A stretch of DNA of 64,000 nucleotides, taken from assembly GCA_963804165.1 (NCBI GenBank), contig CAWDPO010000040.1:1-64000 (forward strand). Direction: 5' to 3'. Position 1 is the first letter of the stretch, and every line of letters begins with the position of its first letter. The notes under the pieces were generated by a model, which saw nothing but the letters and a program-made list of their open reading frames with translations, searched no databases and was not told the DNA's origin. The position numbers were made by a program, and so were the translations under genes. This DNA is from an uncultured delta proteobacterium. Lineage in GTDB: Bacteria > Desulfobacterota > Binatia > UBA9968. Of this stretch, positions 54,409-64,000 are shown in pieces.

Positions 54409-56472
54409 ATGGTAGAAGAAAACACAAAAGGCCGGAGTTCTCCCTTAGGTGCAACTGTTTCTCGGGAAGGAGCGAACTTCAGCGTCTACTCAAAGCACGC
54501 AACCGGAATCGAGCTCCTCTTGTTCGATCGCGCCGACGATGCTTGCCCCTCGAGCGTCATTCGCATCGATCCGGCGACGAACCGCACGTATCATTATTGG
54601 CACGTGTTCGTGCCTGGCGTAAAAGCCGGACAGATCTACGGCTACCGGGTTTCAGGAACATTCGATCCATCGAGCGGAATGCGTTTCGACGACCGTAAAC
54701 TTCTCCTCGATCCTTACGGGCTCGCCATTGCTGTGCCGCAAAATTACAGCCGCGATGCTGCGCGGCAGAACGGCGACAACACCGCAAGCGCCATGAAAAG
54801 CGTGGTGGCGGATGTGTCGGCTTACGATTGGGAGGGCGATATGCCACTACACCGACCGTCCTCCCGGACGATCATCTACGAGATGCACGTGCGCGGCTTC
54901 ACCCGCCATCCGAGTTCCGGTGTCGCGGTCAATAAACGGGGCACGTTCGCGGGGCTGATCGAGAAAATTCCTTATTTGCGTGAGCTCGGCGTGACTGCCA
55001 TCGAACTGATGCCGGTGTTTCAGTTCGATCCCCAGGATGCTCCGCCCGGGCTGGTCAATTACTGGGGTTACGCGCCGGTCTCGTTCTTTGCTGTGCATCA
55101 CACATACAGCTCGCGACGGGACCCGCTCGGCCCGCTGGACGAGTTCCGCGACATGGTCAAAGCACTGCATCGCGCCGGCATCGAGGTCATTCTCGACGTG
55201 GTCTTCAACCATACCGCCGAAGGCGACCATGGCGGGCCAACGCTGAGCTTCCGCGGCCTCGATAACAGCACGTATTATATTCTTGAACGGGATCGCTCCC
55301 GTTATGCCGACTACAGCGGCACGGGAAACACGCTAAACGCCAACCATCCGATCGTTCGCCGGATGATCATCGACAGCCTTCGCTACTGGGTCGAACAGAT
55401 GCACGTGGATGGATTCCGCTTTGATCTCGCTGCGATCCTCCAGCGCGACGACGAGGGCCAACCGATAAGAAACCCGCCCGTACTGTGGGACATCGAATCG
55501 GATCCGGCGCTCGCCGGTACCAAGCTCATCGCCGAAGCCTGGGACGCGGCGGGGCTCTACCAGGTCGGCAGCTTTCTAGGCGACAGTTGGAAAGAGTGGA
55601 ACGGACGATTCCGAGACGACGTACGGAGTTTCTTACGTGGCGATGAAGGCTTCGTAGGATACTTTGCTGACCGCTTGCTGGGCAGCCCCGCGATTTACGC
55701 CCATGAGGAACGCGAGGTCGAGCAGAGCGTCAATTACGTCACATGCCACGACGGATTTACCCTGAACGACCTCGTCTCCTACAGCCACAAACACAACGAA
55801 GGGAACGGGGAGAACAACCGCGACGGCACAGACGATAACCGAAGCTGGAATTGCGGCGTGGAAGGTCCGAGCGATGATCGCGCGGTCGAAAAAATCAGAA
55901 ACCGTCAGGTTAAAAATTTTCTGACGATAACAATGCTTTCTGCGGGAATACCGATGATTCTTATGGGCGATGAGGTGCGGCGGACGCAGTTCGGAAACAA
56001 CAATGCCTATTGTCAGGATAATGAAACCAGCTGGTTCGATTGGGATCTCCTCACGAAGCATGCAGACGTGCATCGGTTCGCTACGCTGCTGAATGCGCGG
56101 CGCCGTTTGCGGAATACGGCGATCGAACGCCAGCGCATAAGCCTCAACCGGCTCCTTCGTGCGGCCAATTTGACCTGGCATGGTGACAAAGTTGCCCAGC
56201 CCGACTGGGCCACATCTTCGCACAGTATCGCGCTCACAGTAGAAATGCGCGACGAGAGATTAAGGATTCACCTGATCGTGAACGCCTACTGGGAAGCTCT
56301 CGAGTTCGGGCTGCCGCAGGTCGACCGTCCAGAAAGCGCATGGCGCCGCTGGATCAACACTGCGCTCGACTCGCCGCAGGACATCGTCCACTGGGAAGCT
56401 GCTCTACCGATAACTTCATCCGCCGTACGGGCGGGACCCCGGTCGGTGATCGTTCTTTTCGCAGAGATTTGA
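54409..56472 (+). CDS. glgX: Glycogen debranching enzyme
   Basis: NYWGY, DVVFNHT, DGFRFDLA, AEAWD, CHDGFTL. Confidence 0.95.
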   Translation: MVEENTKGRSSPLGATVSREGANFSVYSKHATGIELLLFDRADDACPSSVIRIDPATNRTYHYWHVFVPGVKAGQIYGYRVSGTFDPSSGMRFDDRKLLLDPYGLAIAVPQNYSRDAARQNGDNTASAMKSVVADVSAYDWEGDMPLHRPSSRTIIYEMHVRGFTRHPSSGVAVNKRGTFAGLIEKIPYLRELGVTAIELMPVFQFDPQDAPPGLVNYWGYAPVSFFAVHHTYSSRRDPLGPLDEFRDMVKALHRAGIEVILDVVFNHTAEGDHGGPTLSFRGLDNSTYYILERDRSRYADYSGTGNTLNANHPIVRRMIIDSLRYWVEQMHVDGFRFDLAAILQRDDEGQPIRNPPVLWDIESDPALAGTKLIAEAWDAAGLYQVGSFLGDSWKEWNGRFRDDVRSFLRGDEGFVGYFADRLLGSPAIYAHEEREVEQSVNYVTCHDGFTLNDLVSYSHKHNEGNGENNRDGTDDNRSWNCGVEGPSDDRAVEKIRNRQVKNFLTITMLSAGIPMILMGDEVRRTQFGNNNAYCQDNETSWFDWDLLTKHADVHRFATLLNARRRLRNTAIERQRISLNRLLRAANLTWHGDKVAQPDWATSSHSIALTVEMRDERLRIHLIVNAYWEALEFGLPQVDRPESAWRRWINTALDSPQDIVHWEAALPITSSAVRAGPRSVIVLFAEI

Positions 56473-56827
56473 GGAGGCCCGGAAGAGTTCGTATCGTCGC
56501 GGCGTGCGGCTGGGCACCGTGAGTCGCGTGCGCGAAGAATTGCCGGCTGTCGACCGAAACTCCGGGTTATGCATGCAAACCGATCTGTGCGTCCTCTCTG
56601 CCCGATGACTGCAGAAGCGAGCTTACATACCCTTGCGTCGTCCGGGACGGCCAGGGAACAACAGAACGCGCAATCACCTGTCAGAACCCGCAACGACCCT
56701 CAGTCTGAGTCTCCCTCCTGAGCGCCCACGTAATTCTCGCCTGTCAATCCCCTCGAGTTCAGTGCGAACTGCCGATCTCGAATCGACTAGATCCGATCGG
56801 CGGTAGCGCACTGCCAGAGCCTGACTG

Positions 56828-57085
56828 TCATCTACCTTTCCTAGTTGACTTCCGCGCAGCGAGTTGCCCTTTGCGCGAGGCGTCGATCGACTCGCCGAGA
56901 ATGCGCGCGGCTTTGGCTTCCTGGGGCGCGTGAAAGCCCGTGGAGTTCTCCGCTTCGACGAAATCGAGATAGAACTGCGCCGTGCGCTGGAAGTTACGCG
57001 CGGCGTCGAGTTGTTTGTCTTCCGCGCCAGACGCTTTAGCCTTCTTCAAATCATCGGTCAGAGCGACCAGCGCATCCGTGGCCAG
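56828..57085 (-). pseudogene. nrfA: C-terminal fragment of an NrfA-type cytochrome c nitrite reductase
   Basis: RTAQFYLDFVEAENSTGFHAPQEA...RILGES; no heme motifs remain. Confidence 0.7.
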
Positions 57086-57297
57086 TTGTGGTCGCTGTCG
57101 GACCTGTCATCAAGATTCCCGAGCAAGAGCTCCAAGGCAGCATTGAAACGATGCAGAAAATGGTCATCATATTGGATGCAGCAGGCGCTAGCAGATTCCA
57201 CTTTGCTGTTTCTGTGCACTCGCCCGACGATTGAACGGTACGAGTTCCAATGTCTAGCATAGTCTTAAACTGTCCGGCTAAAGCTAACATCGATGGT

Positions 57298-57391
57298 GGG
57301 CAACTTTGGGGGCATGAGACATTTTGCGGGAGTCAAACATGAGTCCAATTGATCACTTACACCCGAAGTATAGTTTCCCCCGCCTCCACCA
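57298..57391 (+). mobile_element. Probable island right junction (attR): arm-like repeat plus tmRNA-3'-like core
   Basis: GGGCAACTTTGGGGGCA at 57298-57314, then TTCCCCCGCCTCCACCA at 57375-57391, resembling the ssrA 3' end. Confidence 0.6.
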
Positions 57392-57979
57392 TTCACTCAT
57401 CCCACCTAATCCGTCAGTTGGCGAATTATTTGGACTGGGCGGGAGATTGCGGGAAAGCCGGGCGGACGGCGAGAAATTAAGCTAAACCGGCCAATTAGTC
57501 CATCCATTTACGGCAACAATCGCAGCCGAAGGCTGACACCCAATCCTTCCATTATTTGAAAATCCAACGGACAGTGGCGAGCTGTTTGAGACCAGCGGGG
57601 CGGCGGGTTCCCAGCGTTCACAGCCTAAGCACGCGAAATTAACCCTATTTCGACGCGCGGCGTGCGCTCCGATCGCGCTTCGACGCGCGTCCGTAGAATC
57701 TGAATCCAACGGAAATCCTACGGGAAGTCATTTAAGGCCGATATTAAGGGAAAGCTAATCGACGAAGCCTATGGAAGAACCAAAATAGGCTTTCAATCGA
57801 AGCAGAGAAAAACCCAAAGGCATGGAGGAGTGTGAAGCATGGCGAAAATCGAGGTAGGGGCCTAATAAGCATCCGACCCTCCTCAGTCGCCGGTGCCGCG
57901 GATTGCAGCTGAGTAGCATTCTAAGATGGGCTATGCTACGGTCACCGGATTTAGCAAAACAACCAGGAGGAAAGGTAGT

Positions 57980-58303
57980 ATGAAGCCCACTGCATGGGAT
58001 TTTCGTAACAAACTAATGGCTATTCTGAACGTGGCGAAGCATAGTGGCAAGCCTTACGTAGATGTAGAATCGGGGCATCTCCACAGAGAGCTCGGGGGTG
58101 ACTCAAACTCCCATCATAGGCTGCCTATTTTTCATGAGGTAATGACCAAGATGATGCGTCCCGGTGATTCAATTTTAAAAGAAGCTCGCCACGGGGACGG
58201 CGCAACGATGCTGATTCGTTATATTCTTAATGCCAAGCATGACAACCGAGAAGTTACAAAATCCGCTCTAGGAGACTTGTCGGTCGATAACTCGGCAATG
58301 TAA
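57980..58303 (+). CDS. Hypothetical protein
   Basis: RBS AGGAGG/AAGG; VESGHLHRELGG motif. Confidence 0.6.
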   Translation: MKPTAWDFRNKLMAILNVAKHSGKPYVDVESGHLHRELGGDSNSHHRLPIFHEVMTKMMRPGDSILKEARHGDGATMLIRYILNAKHDNREVTKSALGDLSVDNSAM

Positions 58304-58372
58304 TTCTCACGTCGCTATCGGCGCGTAGCCAGCCGGGAGCGCGTCCGTCACTTCGCGGCATTCTTCCCGCAT

Positions 58373-58846
58373 TCACGCAAGGCGTAACTGCTCCAGTGAT
58401 GCGCGGGCGGCTCCGCCACTGATGTCTGGAACGATGCTCAGTTCGAGTGTGGTCACCTCGTCGAGATCCACACGATAGTCCTCGTACTCGCTAGTCGTAC
58501 CGGGAGGGCTGAAATTATACTGCTGCCGGACGATTTCCCGATAGGACTGCCCACCGTTTGATGACCAACGCAGCACAAACTGCTGAGTGCGCTCCAACTC
58601 ATCTTCGCGAAACTCTAAGTGCATACGTTTGATTCTCTGCGGCGGGTCAAACATAAGGCGCACGGTCTGTGGTCCCGATTGAGCCGCTCGCCAACCCGAT
58701 TCGCTCCCCGGCAGTAATCCTGACTCGATAGGATGGGCCGCGTCCTCCGAGGTTACCTCTACCTGCGCCAAAACGTCTAAGTTCAACCAATCCTGATTCG
58801 AGGCCGCTACGTGGCGCGGATGTTGGGCGACAATCCGTTTGAGCAT
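58373..58846 (-). CDS. Galactose-binding-like / carbohydrate-binding domain protein
   Basis: VTSED..HPIE..L, GWRA...GPQ, IVRQQYNFSP; RBS AAGGAGG. Confidence 0.65.
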   Translation of the reverse strand: MLKRIVAQHPRHVAASNQDWLNLDVLAQVEVTSEDAAHPIESGLLPGSESGWRAAQSGPQTVRLMFDPPQRIKRMHLEFREDELERTQQFVLRWSSNGGQSYREIVRQQYNFSPPGTTSEYEDYRVDLDEVTTLELSIVPDISGGAARASLEQLRLA

Positions 58847-59424
58847 GACTTACCTCCTTACGATCAATCGCAGCTAGGACAGATCCAAGTGTGCACCAAA
58901 TTTCTTGAGCATTAAAGAGCATCGGTTGGCTAGAGTTTCGGAGCTAAACCCGTCGCTTTTGCTGAAAGCAAAAGGCGAACAGTGAGTAACCAAGCCAGAT
59001 TCTTGGCTCCAAACCCGTGACGCGGCGGACTTCCGAATACCTAGAAAGAGAATCCCCCAAAACGTGCTTCCGCGCGGAGCAAATTCTCAACTGACGGCTT
59101 TGGTATCGATGATCCGCAAAGACTAAAAAACCCTCGGGCGGCGTTATCACGCCGATCATCTCTTTCCTTAACCGGGAGTACGGTGATATGGCGCGTGCCA
59201 TCCTGAGAGTGCCGTGAAACAAGTGTCGCTGGGAGTTGCATTGTGAGTGCCTGCCATAAACGCATGCAGGATGGCCTTGGTCCCTCCATACGCTCTCGCC
59301 TACTTCGCGATGGCGAAAGATCCGGAGAGCTCAGGCCTCAGTGCTGTTGACGGTGCATGCTAATTTTATATGACGTGAGATTTTGCACTTCGGTCGGTAG
59401 ACTATACAGACAGCACCAGTTGTC

Positions 59425-59535
59425 TTATGTGCAGCCGCGCACGAGAAACAAAATCACTAAGATTGGAACCGGTATACCGATCAGCCAGAGTAACACCCAA
59501 CCGATAGCGCCCGTCTGATTTTTTAGTATTTCCAT
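59425..59535 (-). CDS. 36-aa membrane peptide
   Basis: RBS AAGGAGA; MEILKNQTGAIGWVLLWLIGIPVPILVILFLVRGCT. Confidence 0.7.
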   Translation of the reverse strand: MEILKNQTGAIGWVLLWLIGIPVPILVILFLVRGCT

Positions 59536-59561
59536 AACTTCTCCTTTCACTGGTGAATAGC

Positions 59562-59576
59562 GCAATCGATATGCCA
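59562..59576 (-). promoter_or_regulatory. Sigma54 -24/-12 box
   Basis: TGGCAT-ATCGA-TTGC on the minus strand. Confidence 0.65.
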
Positions 59577-59821
59577 GAGCGAAATTCGTTAATTTTCGCG
59601 CGAATCGGGGAATCGTCCTATTGATATGCGTAGACATTTACCTTAACCGGAAGAGAAAATCGGACGAATAGTTTGAGACTGAACTCAAGCCCATATTGGC
59701 TTTAAATCGCGCTCGCGTCAGGCTTTTCCAAACCAAAGAAGATACACAGCATTTCTTAAGGAGGATGCGATCGCCGGCGCTGCCGTCCATGCCGAAGCGC
59801 GAGCAAAGATTTCCTCTCAAA

Positions 59822-59855
59822 AAAATGGGGAGGAGATCGCTCTCCTCCCCATTTT
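59822..59855. terminator. Intrinsic terminator hairpin
   Basis: AAAATGGGGAGGAGA-TCGC-TCTCCTCCCCATTTT, just downstream of 59878..60183. Confidence 0.75.
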
Positions 59856-59877
59856 ATCTCAGTCCCTCTCGAACGCG

Positions 59878-60183
59878 TTACGTCAGATCAAATTCTTGTT
59901 CCATTTCGTCGTCAGAGCACAGCACGTAAAGATCGACGATCTCACCAGTGGTTGGGTCAACTACGCTTCCCTGGTAGCAGTAATCGACGGCCACTATTTC
60001 AAAAGGCTCTGTCCGATTGTCTTGGTCAACCGACTCCTTGGTCGGGGACTCCCATGTGTATGCCTGCACCGCATTGCTGTCAGGATTCATGGGGCCTGGA
60101 ATACCGTCTGCAAGCGCTTTCGTTGGATGAGTCAACAATGCTCCTGTCAAAATCAGACTTCGCACATAAGTATGTCGCCTCAT
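59878..60183 (-). CDS. Small secreted acidic protein
   Basis: RBS AAGGAGG; signal peptide ending ALA. Confidence 0.7.
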   Translation of the reverse strand: MRRHTYVRSLILTGALLTHPTKALADGIPGPMNPDSNAVQAYTWESPTKESVDQDNRTEPFEIVAVDYCYQGSVVDPTTGEIVDLYVLCSDDEMEQEFDLT

Positions 60184-60220
60184 GATTTCTCCCTCCTTTC
60201 TGTCCCATTTAGATCAATCC

Positions 60221-60235
60221 GCAAACTCAGTGCCA
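60221..60235 (-). promoter_or_regulatory. Sigma54 -24/-12 box
   Basis: TGGCAC-TGAGT-TTGC on the minus strand. Confidence 0.7.
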
Positions 60236-60760
60236 AGCTAGCGGCGCTATTTTATCTTGTTTCTCGCAGGCAGAAATTGATGTGTCTCAATCAATGGACA
60301 GTGGATTTGCCAATGTTCACGTTCTCGGACATGGCGATCCGTGGACCGATGCTCGACGACGCGCAGAGAGAACGTCTCCGGTAGAAATATGAAAAAAAGC
60401 TAGGTAGCGCGCGGCTCGAGGCGAAAACGACTCGACTAAACGAGGGAAGTTTTTCGGATTACCGGCATTTCACACCAGCAGTCCGTTTCAACCAATGTGG
60501 CTAGCACGTACCAATGCGGCGGGCCTGTATTGTGATCGCCAGCGCGCTGCGCGAAGCGCAGCGCGCGAAAGATCGAGGTTGCTCGGAATTAGCGGCGCGA
60601 TTTTCTCGCTTTCGCCGCCTGTTGTCCAAGCGCGAGCAGGGTTCTTTTTGGCAAGCGCTTCAGAGTTTGCTTGCGTTTAGCGGCGCGAGCAGCTGCCTTT
60701 CACGAGCATCAACAAATTGATATGCTGAGCGTTTCGATGAGTGTCTTCAGCGACCTTGAA

Positions 60761-61363
60761 TCAACCCGGGTTCCCTGTTTTCACCTCGGCGCGTGAGATC
60801 AGCCACCGACCCTCGCGTCTAATTTGATGCAGAACATACGATCCCGTCGCGGAGTTGGTAAACCCCAGTATTTTTAAGCCCTCGAGCTGGTACGTGCCTT
60901 TCACGGTCGCGCGATCAGCGTCCGATTGAGAAACATCGTCCACGGTGTTGCTCAGCGTCGTGTCCTTCAACATGCCGGCACGTTTATCCGCGATCGTCCT
61001 TTCGATTTCCGCGCGAGATTGGATCTGAGAACCTGCGGGAATGATGAGCACGCCGTCGGATGAGAACATCTTCGCAATATCGTCGGCGTGTCCTTGGTTC
61101 CAAGCACGCACCAGTTCTTTGATGGTTCGATCCGGTGCCGCTGCCGAATTTTCGGACGGCAACACGTTTTTCTCGCCGGGTTTACTTCTTTCGGCGGTTT
61201 TGGATGGTGATTTTGACCGGGAGGACTTTTCGTAGCCTGTCGTTCGTTGGTGATGTAAATGACGCACGGCGACCAGCGTAAGCAGAGCGATAGCCACTGT
61301 CAAAATTCCTAGGATGATCCAGGAATCGGATGAGTAGCGCCGCTTTTGTGACTCCATTGTCAT
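60761..61363 (-). CDS. Membrane-anchored SnoaL/NTF2-like protein
   Basis: TM segment, then AWNQGHADDIAKMFSSDG...REGRWLI. Confidence 0.75.
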   Translation of the reverse strand: MTMESQKRRYSSDSWIILGILTVAIALLTLVAVRHLHHQRTTGYEKSSRSKSPSKTAERSKPGEKNVLPSENSAAAPDRTIKELVRAWNQGHADDIAKMFSSDGVLIIPAGSQIQSRAEIERTIADKRAGMLKDTTLSNTVDDVSQSDADRATVKGTYQLEGLKILGFTNSATGSYVLHQIRREGRWLISRAEVKTGNPG

Positions 61364-61548
61364 TTCTTTTTCGATTTCCTTTGTGGAACTTTGCCACCCG
61401 CGCGCCGCGCTTCAGATAGCCCAATCGCAATTGCTTGCTTACGACTTTTCACTGTTTTTCCGGAGCGACCGCTTTTCAGTTTGCCTCGTTTGCGTTCGTG
61501 CATCGCTCGCTTAACTTTTTGCTGTGCCTTCTTGCCATATCTAGCCAT
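61360..61548 (-). CDS. Small basic protein (DUF6496-like)
   Basis: KGKLKSG-like GKLKSGRSG...SRKQAIAIGLSEARRAG. Confidence 0.8.
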   Translation of the reverse strand: MARYGKKAQQKVKRAMHERKRGKLKSGRSGKTVKSRKQAIAIGLSEARRAGGKVPQRKSKKK

Positions 61549-61710
61549 TAGGATTGACCTCCTTTTGCATAAACTAGTGCGGTGTTCCTACATCTCTTGC
61601 CTTCGGTTTGCTGCCTTCGTTCGAACAGTTCCTTTTACTTTATGATGATCTTGTTTGAGAAGTTCTAGTGCGTCCATTGGGAGCACCACAATATTTTATT
61701 ATCGGAGGTG

Positions 61711-61725
61711 GCAAGAGATGTGCCA
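61711..61725 (-). promoter_or_regulatory. Sigma54 -24/-12 box
   Basis: TGGCAC-ATCTC-TTGC on the minus strand. Confidence 0.6.
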
Positions 61726-62079
61726 ATAGCTCTATGGACGAATGCTGCATGCGAAAACCTTCTCGAGATGCGGCAAATCGCCGTGAGCCGGAAAGCGAGT
61801 CGCTCTGTACCATTCGCCGGACGACGTTAGTTTTTCTGTTTAAGATTCGCGACAAAGATCATTGTCCGCGATCTCAGGCTTGCATCAGCCATATCTTTGG
61901 TAGAACCGAAGTACGTCATTTCCATACGAGCTGTAGACTTTATGTTACAAACCGCCGCTCTCTAACGCGGCTAATTCCCGACGCGAAAATCAGTATTTTC
62001 GCTGACAATGATTCCGGTATTAACGGACACTTTTTCGGGCACCTCAGGATTTTTACAAGGAGGGTGGGCCATGCATTGG

Positions 62080-62094
62080 TGGCATGGGCCTTGC
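62080..62094 (+). promoter_or_regulatory. Sigma54 -24/-12 box
   Basis: TGGCAT-GGGCC-TTGC upstream of 62153. Confidence 0.6.
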
Positions 62095-62152
62095 GTTTTT
62101 ACGTTGCAGAGAACGCAAGTTCTCTAAAATATTTTTGGGAAGGAGACGGAAC

Positions 62153-62632
62153 GTGAAAAAACATAAAGCCATCTTGAGAGTGGTTCTTGTCGGAGGAGTT
62201 ATTGGAGCTCTGGCGAGTCCGGTATTGTCACAGGAAGTTCCGGGAGAACGTCGACAACCTGGCCAAAATCTAGCGCGACCCGGCGATAACGAGAATATTC
62301 CCGGCATGCGCGGCCAGGGAACCCCTGAACTATCAAAAAATGATATGCGGATGGTTGAGGAAGCATTGAAGTCCAAGGGATATAATCCGGGCCAAATCGA
62401 CGGAGTGGTAGACGATACAAATCGGTCCGCGATTCGCTCGTTCCAAAAGGACAACGGTATTCCACTCACTGGTGCTGTCGACCAGAGTACGGCCGAAAAG
62501 CTTGGCTTGAGTGTTAGCTCGCGCTCAAGTACATCAAAAAATCGTCCAGGTCGCGAAGGCTCGCCAACTAACGAAGGTCGAAGTCAGGGACGCGATTCAG
62601 ACCAAAATGTCCCGCAAGATACTCGCAAATAA
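62153..62632 (+). CDS. Secreted peptidoglycan-binding domain protein
   Basis: Signal peptide; LKSKGYNPGQIDG...AIRSFQKDNGIPLTG. Confidence 0.82.
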   Translation: MKKHKAILRVVLVGGVIGALASPVLSQEVPGERRQPGQNLARPGDNENIPGMRGQGTPELSKNDMRMVEEALKSKGYNPGQIDGVVDDTNRSAIRSFQKDNGIPLTGAVDQSTAEKLGLSVSSRSSTSKNRPGREGSPTNEGRSQGRDSDQNVPQDTRK

Positions 62633-62783
62633 CCCGGCGGCCGCTTTGCGCGGCTAAGCAAATTGACAAGGGGCAAGCAAGCAATGCGGCGGCGGAAAAT
62701 CGCCGCCGCATTACTGCACCGGTCCTGAGGGGAGCTGCACAATCCGCCGTAGTAGAATTCAGCATAAAAGCAGGAGAGTTTCC

Positions 62784-63278
62784 ATGGAGACTTCAGCAGA
62801 CGCAGATCGCGTAAGAGCCAACACGGCAGCGGAAATTAATTGGCGCATCGATCGGCAGATCGAGGAGAACGTCCGCCGCTATACCAACCGGCCAAAGGAA
62901 GAGATTGCTCGCCGTATCTGGGAATTGGAGCAAGAGTGGGACATCGAGCGTGTTTTACAACTTTTGGCGTCTACCATCTCAGTCACCGGGATTTTCTTGA
63001 GTGTTGGGCGCGATAGACGTTGGATCATCCTGCCGGGCCTGGTGCTTTCATTCTTGTTTCTACATGTCGTTCAAGGCTGGTGCCCTCCTGTCCCGGTGCT
63101 TCGTCGTAGCCTCGACGCACTGATTTCTTGCTGTCCCATTTACTACAGCAGTCACTTTCCGTCTGCCGCGCGCTTTAGGTTCACGAAAATCATTTTCCAT
63201 CAACCCCTTTTTCGGGACGACTCCGGCGAAGATCACTGGCGTTTCGCGAATATGCGCGAGTTGTTAGCTAGTTGTTAG
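62784..63278 (+). CDS. DUF2892/YgaP-like membrane protein (3' end possibly disrupted)
   Basis: EWDIERVL and QGWCPP motifs. Confidence 0.65.
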   Translation: METSADADRVRANTAAEINWRIDRQIEENVRRYTNRPKEEIARRIWELEQEWDIERVLQLLASTISVTGIFLSVGRDRRWIILPGLVLSFLFLHVVQGWCPPVPVLRRSLDALISCCPIYYSSHFPSAARFRFTKIIFHQPLFRDDSGEDHWRFANMRELLASC

Positions 63279-63286
63279 CCGATCTA

Positions 63287-64000
63287 TTAGCGAATCGCGA
63301 TGTTCTCCGCTGCCAAAGCCCTGCTGATAGCAATCGCCAGCTCACTGCGGATTTGCATCCATTGCCCGCTGTAATCGGTCCATGCACGTAATTCCAAGGC
63401 GAGCGCATCCGCACCGAGCTTCACGACCAGCGCTTGTGGCGGCGGATCCTTGACAATTAGGGGATGCGCCGCTGCCGTGCGCTCTAACACAGCGATCACA
63501 CGCTCGGGATCATGTCCCTGTGCCACCGCAACCGGGAGCTCGATGCCATGTTGCAGACTGGAAAGGGTCCAGTTGATCACGCGTTCGGATATCAATTTGC
63601 CGTTGGGCATGATGATGTCGGAACCGTTGGTCGTACGAATGATGCTGGCGCGAATACCGATTCGTTGGACGACGCCGGCGGCATCATCGATCTGAACCAC
63701 ATCGCCTATATTGATCGGGCGCTCGAACAATAGGATCAAGCCGGAAATGAAGTTGTTGAAGATGTTCTGCAGTCCGAAACCGACACCGACGCTGAAGGCA
63801 CCCGCGAGAATCGTGATTCGTGTCATGTCGATGCCTAAGGCGGCCACCGCGAGAAAAAATCCAACGACTAAGATGAGATAATGGAGCGTGTTTGAAATTG
63901 CGTAGGCCAGGCCTCGCTGAAGTTGAACCCGCGGATATATGTCCTCATCGAGCAGAAAGCGAACGAATCGGGAAACTAGAAAGGCGGCCCAGACGGTGAC
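63287..64000 (-). CDS. mscS: Small-conductance mechanosensitive channel (5'-partial)
   Basis: GVGFGLQNIFNNFISGLILLFERPINIGD; PNGKL...INWT. Confidence 0.9.
   Translation of the reverse strand, partial: VTVWAAFLVSRFVRFLLDEDIYPRVQLQRGLAYAISNTLHYLILVVGFFLAVAALGIDMTRITILAGAFSVGVGFGLQNIFNNFISGLILLFERPINIGDVVQIDDAAGVVQRIGIRASIIRTTNGSDIIMPNGKLISERVINWTLSSLQHGIELPVAVAQGHDPERVIAVLERTAAAHPLIVKDPPPQALVVKLGADALALELRAWTDYSGQWMQIRSELAIAISRALAAENIAIR

Noticed and set aside
57320-57391. Complete tRNA or tmRNA gene
   Set aside because: Only about 17 nt of a CCA-ending 3' segment match; upstream sequence has no T-loop or cloverleaf.

Overview
The window has three parts. (1) 1-16.3 kb is part of an integrative conjugative element: an F-type T4SS block (traK-traB-traV-orphan-traC), a small cargo insertion (toxin remnant/antitoxin, PNPOx, hydrolase, LysR), an orphan gene between 21-bp inverted repeats, and an unusual regulatory string of lexA, a Ski2/Hel308-like helicase fused to an OmpR-type winged helix, three small ORFs (the last FlhC/SetC/AcaC-like) and alpA. 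(2) 16.3-57.4 kb is a mosaic cargo island. It holds a PAS-domain sigma54 activator and four copies of a promoter module (18-bp palindrome, IHF-like site, -24/-12 box, exactly 51 nt between palindrome and box). It also holds a DisA-type cyclase, ndh, a patatin, an Mla/Pqi transporter and a large glycogen-to-acetate phosphoketolase cluster with many deletion scars. It ends in a tmRNA-3'-like att remnant at 57375-57391. (3) 57.4-64 kb has small genes, several with sigma54 boxes, and a partial mscS. Single-base frameshifts are common in the first 29 kb and may be sequencing errors. All product calls come from motif recognition by eye, not database searches.
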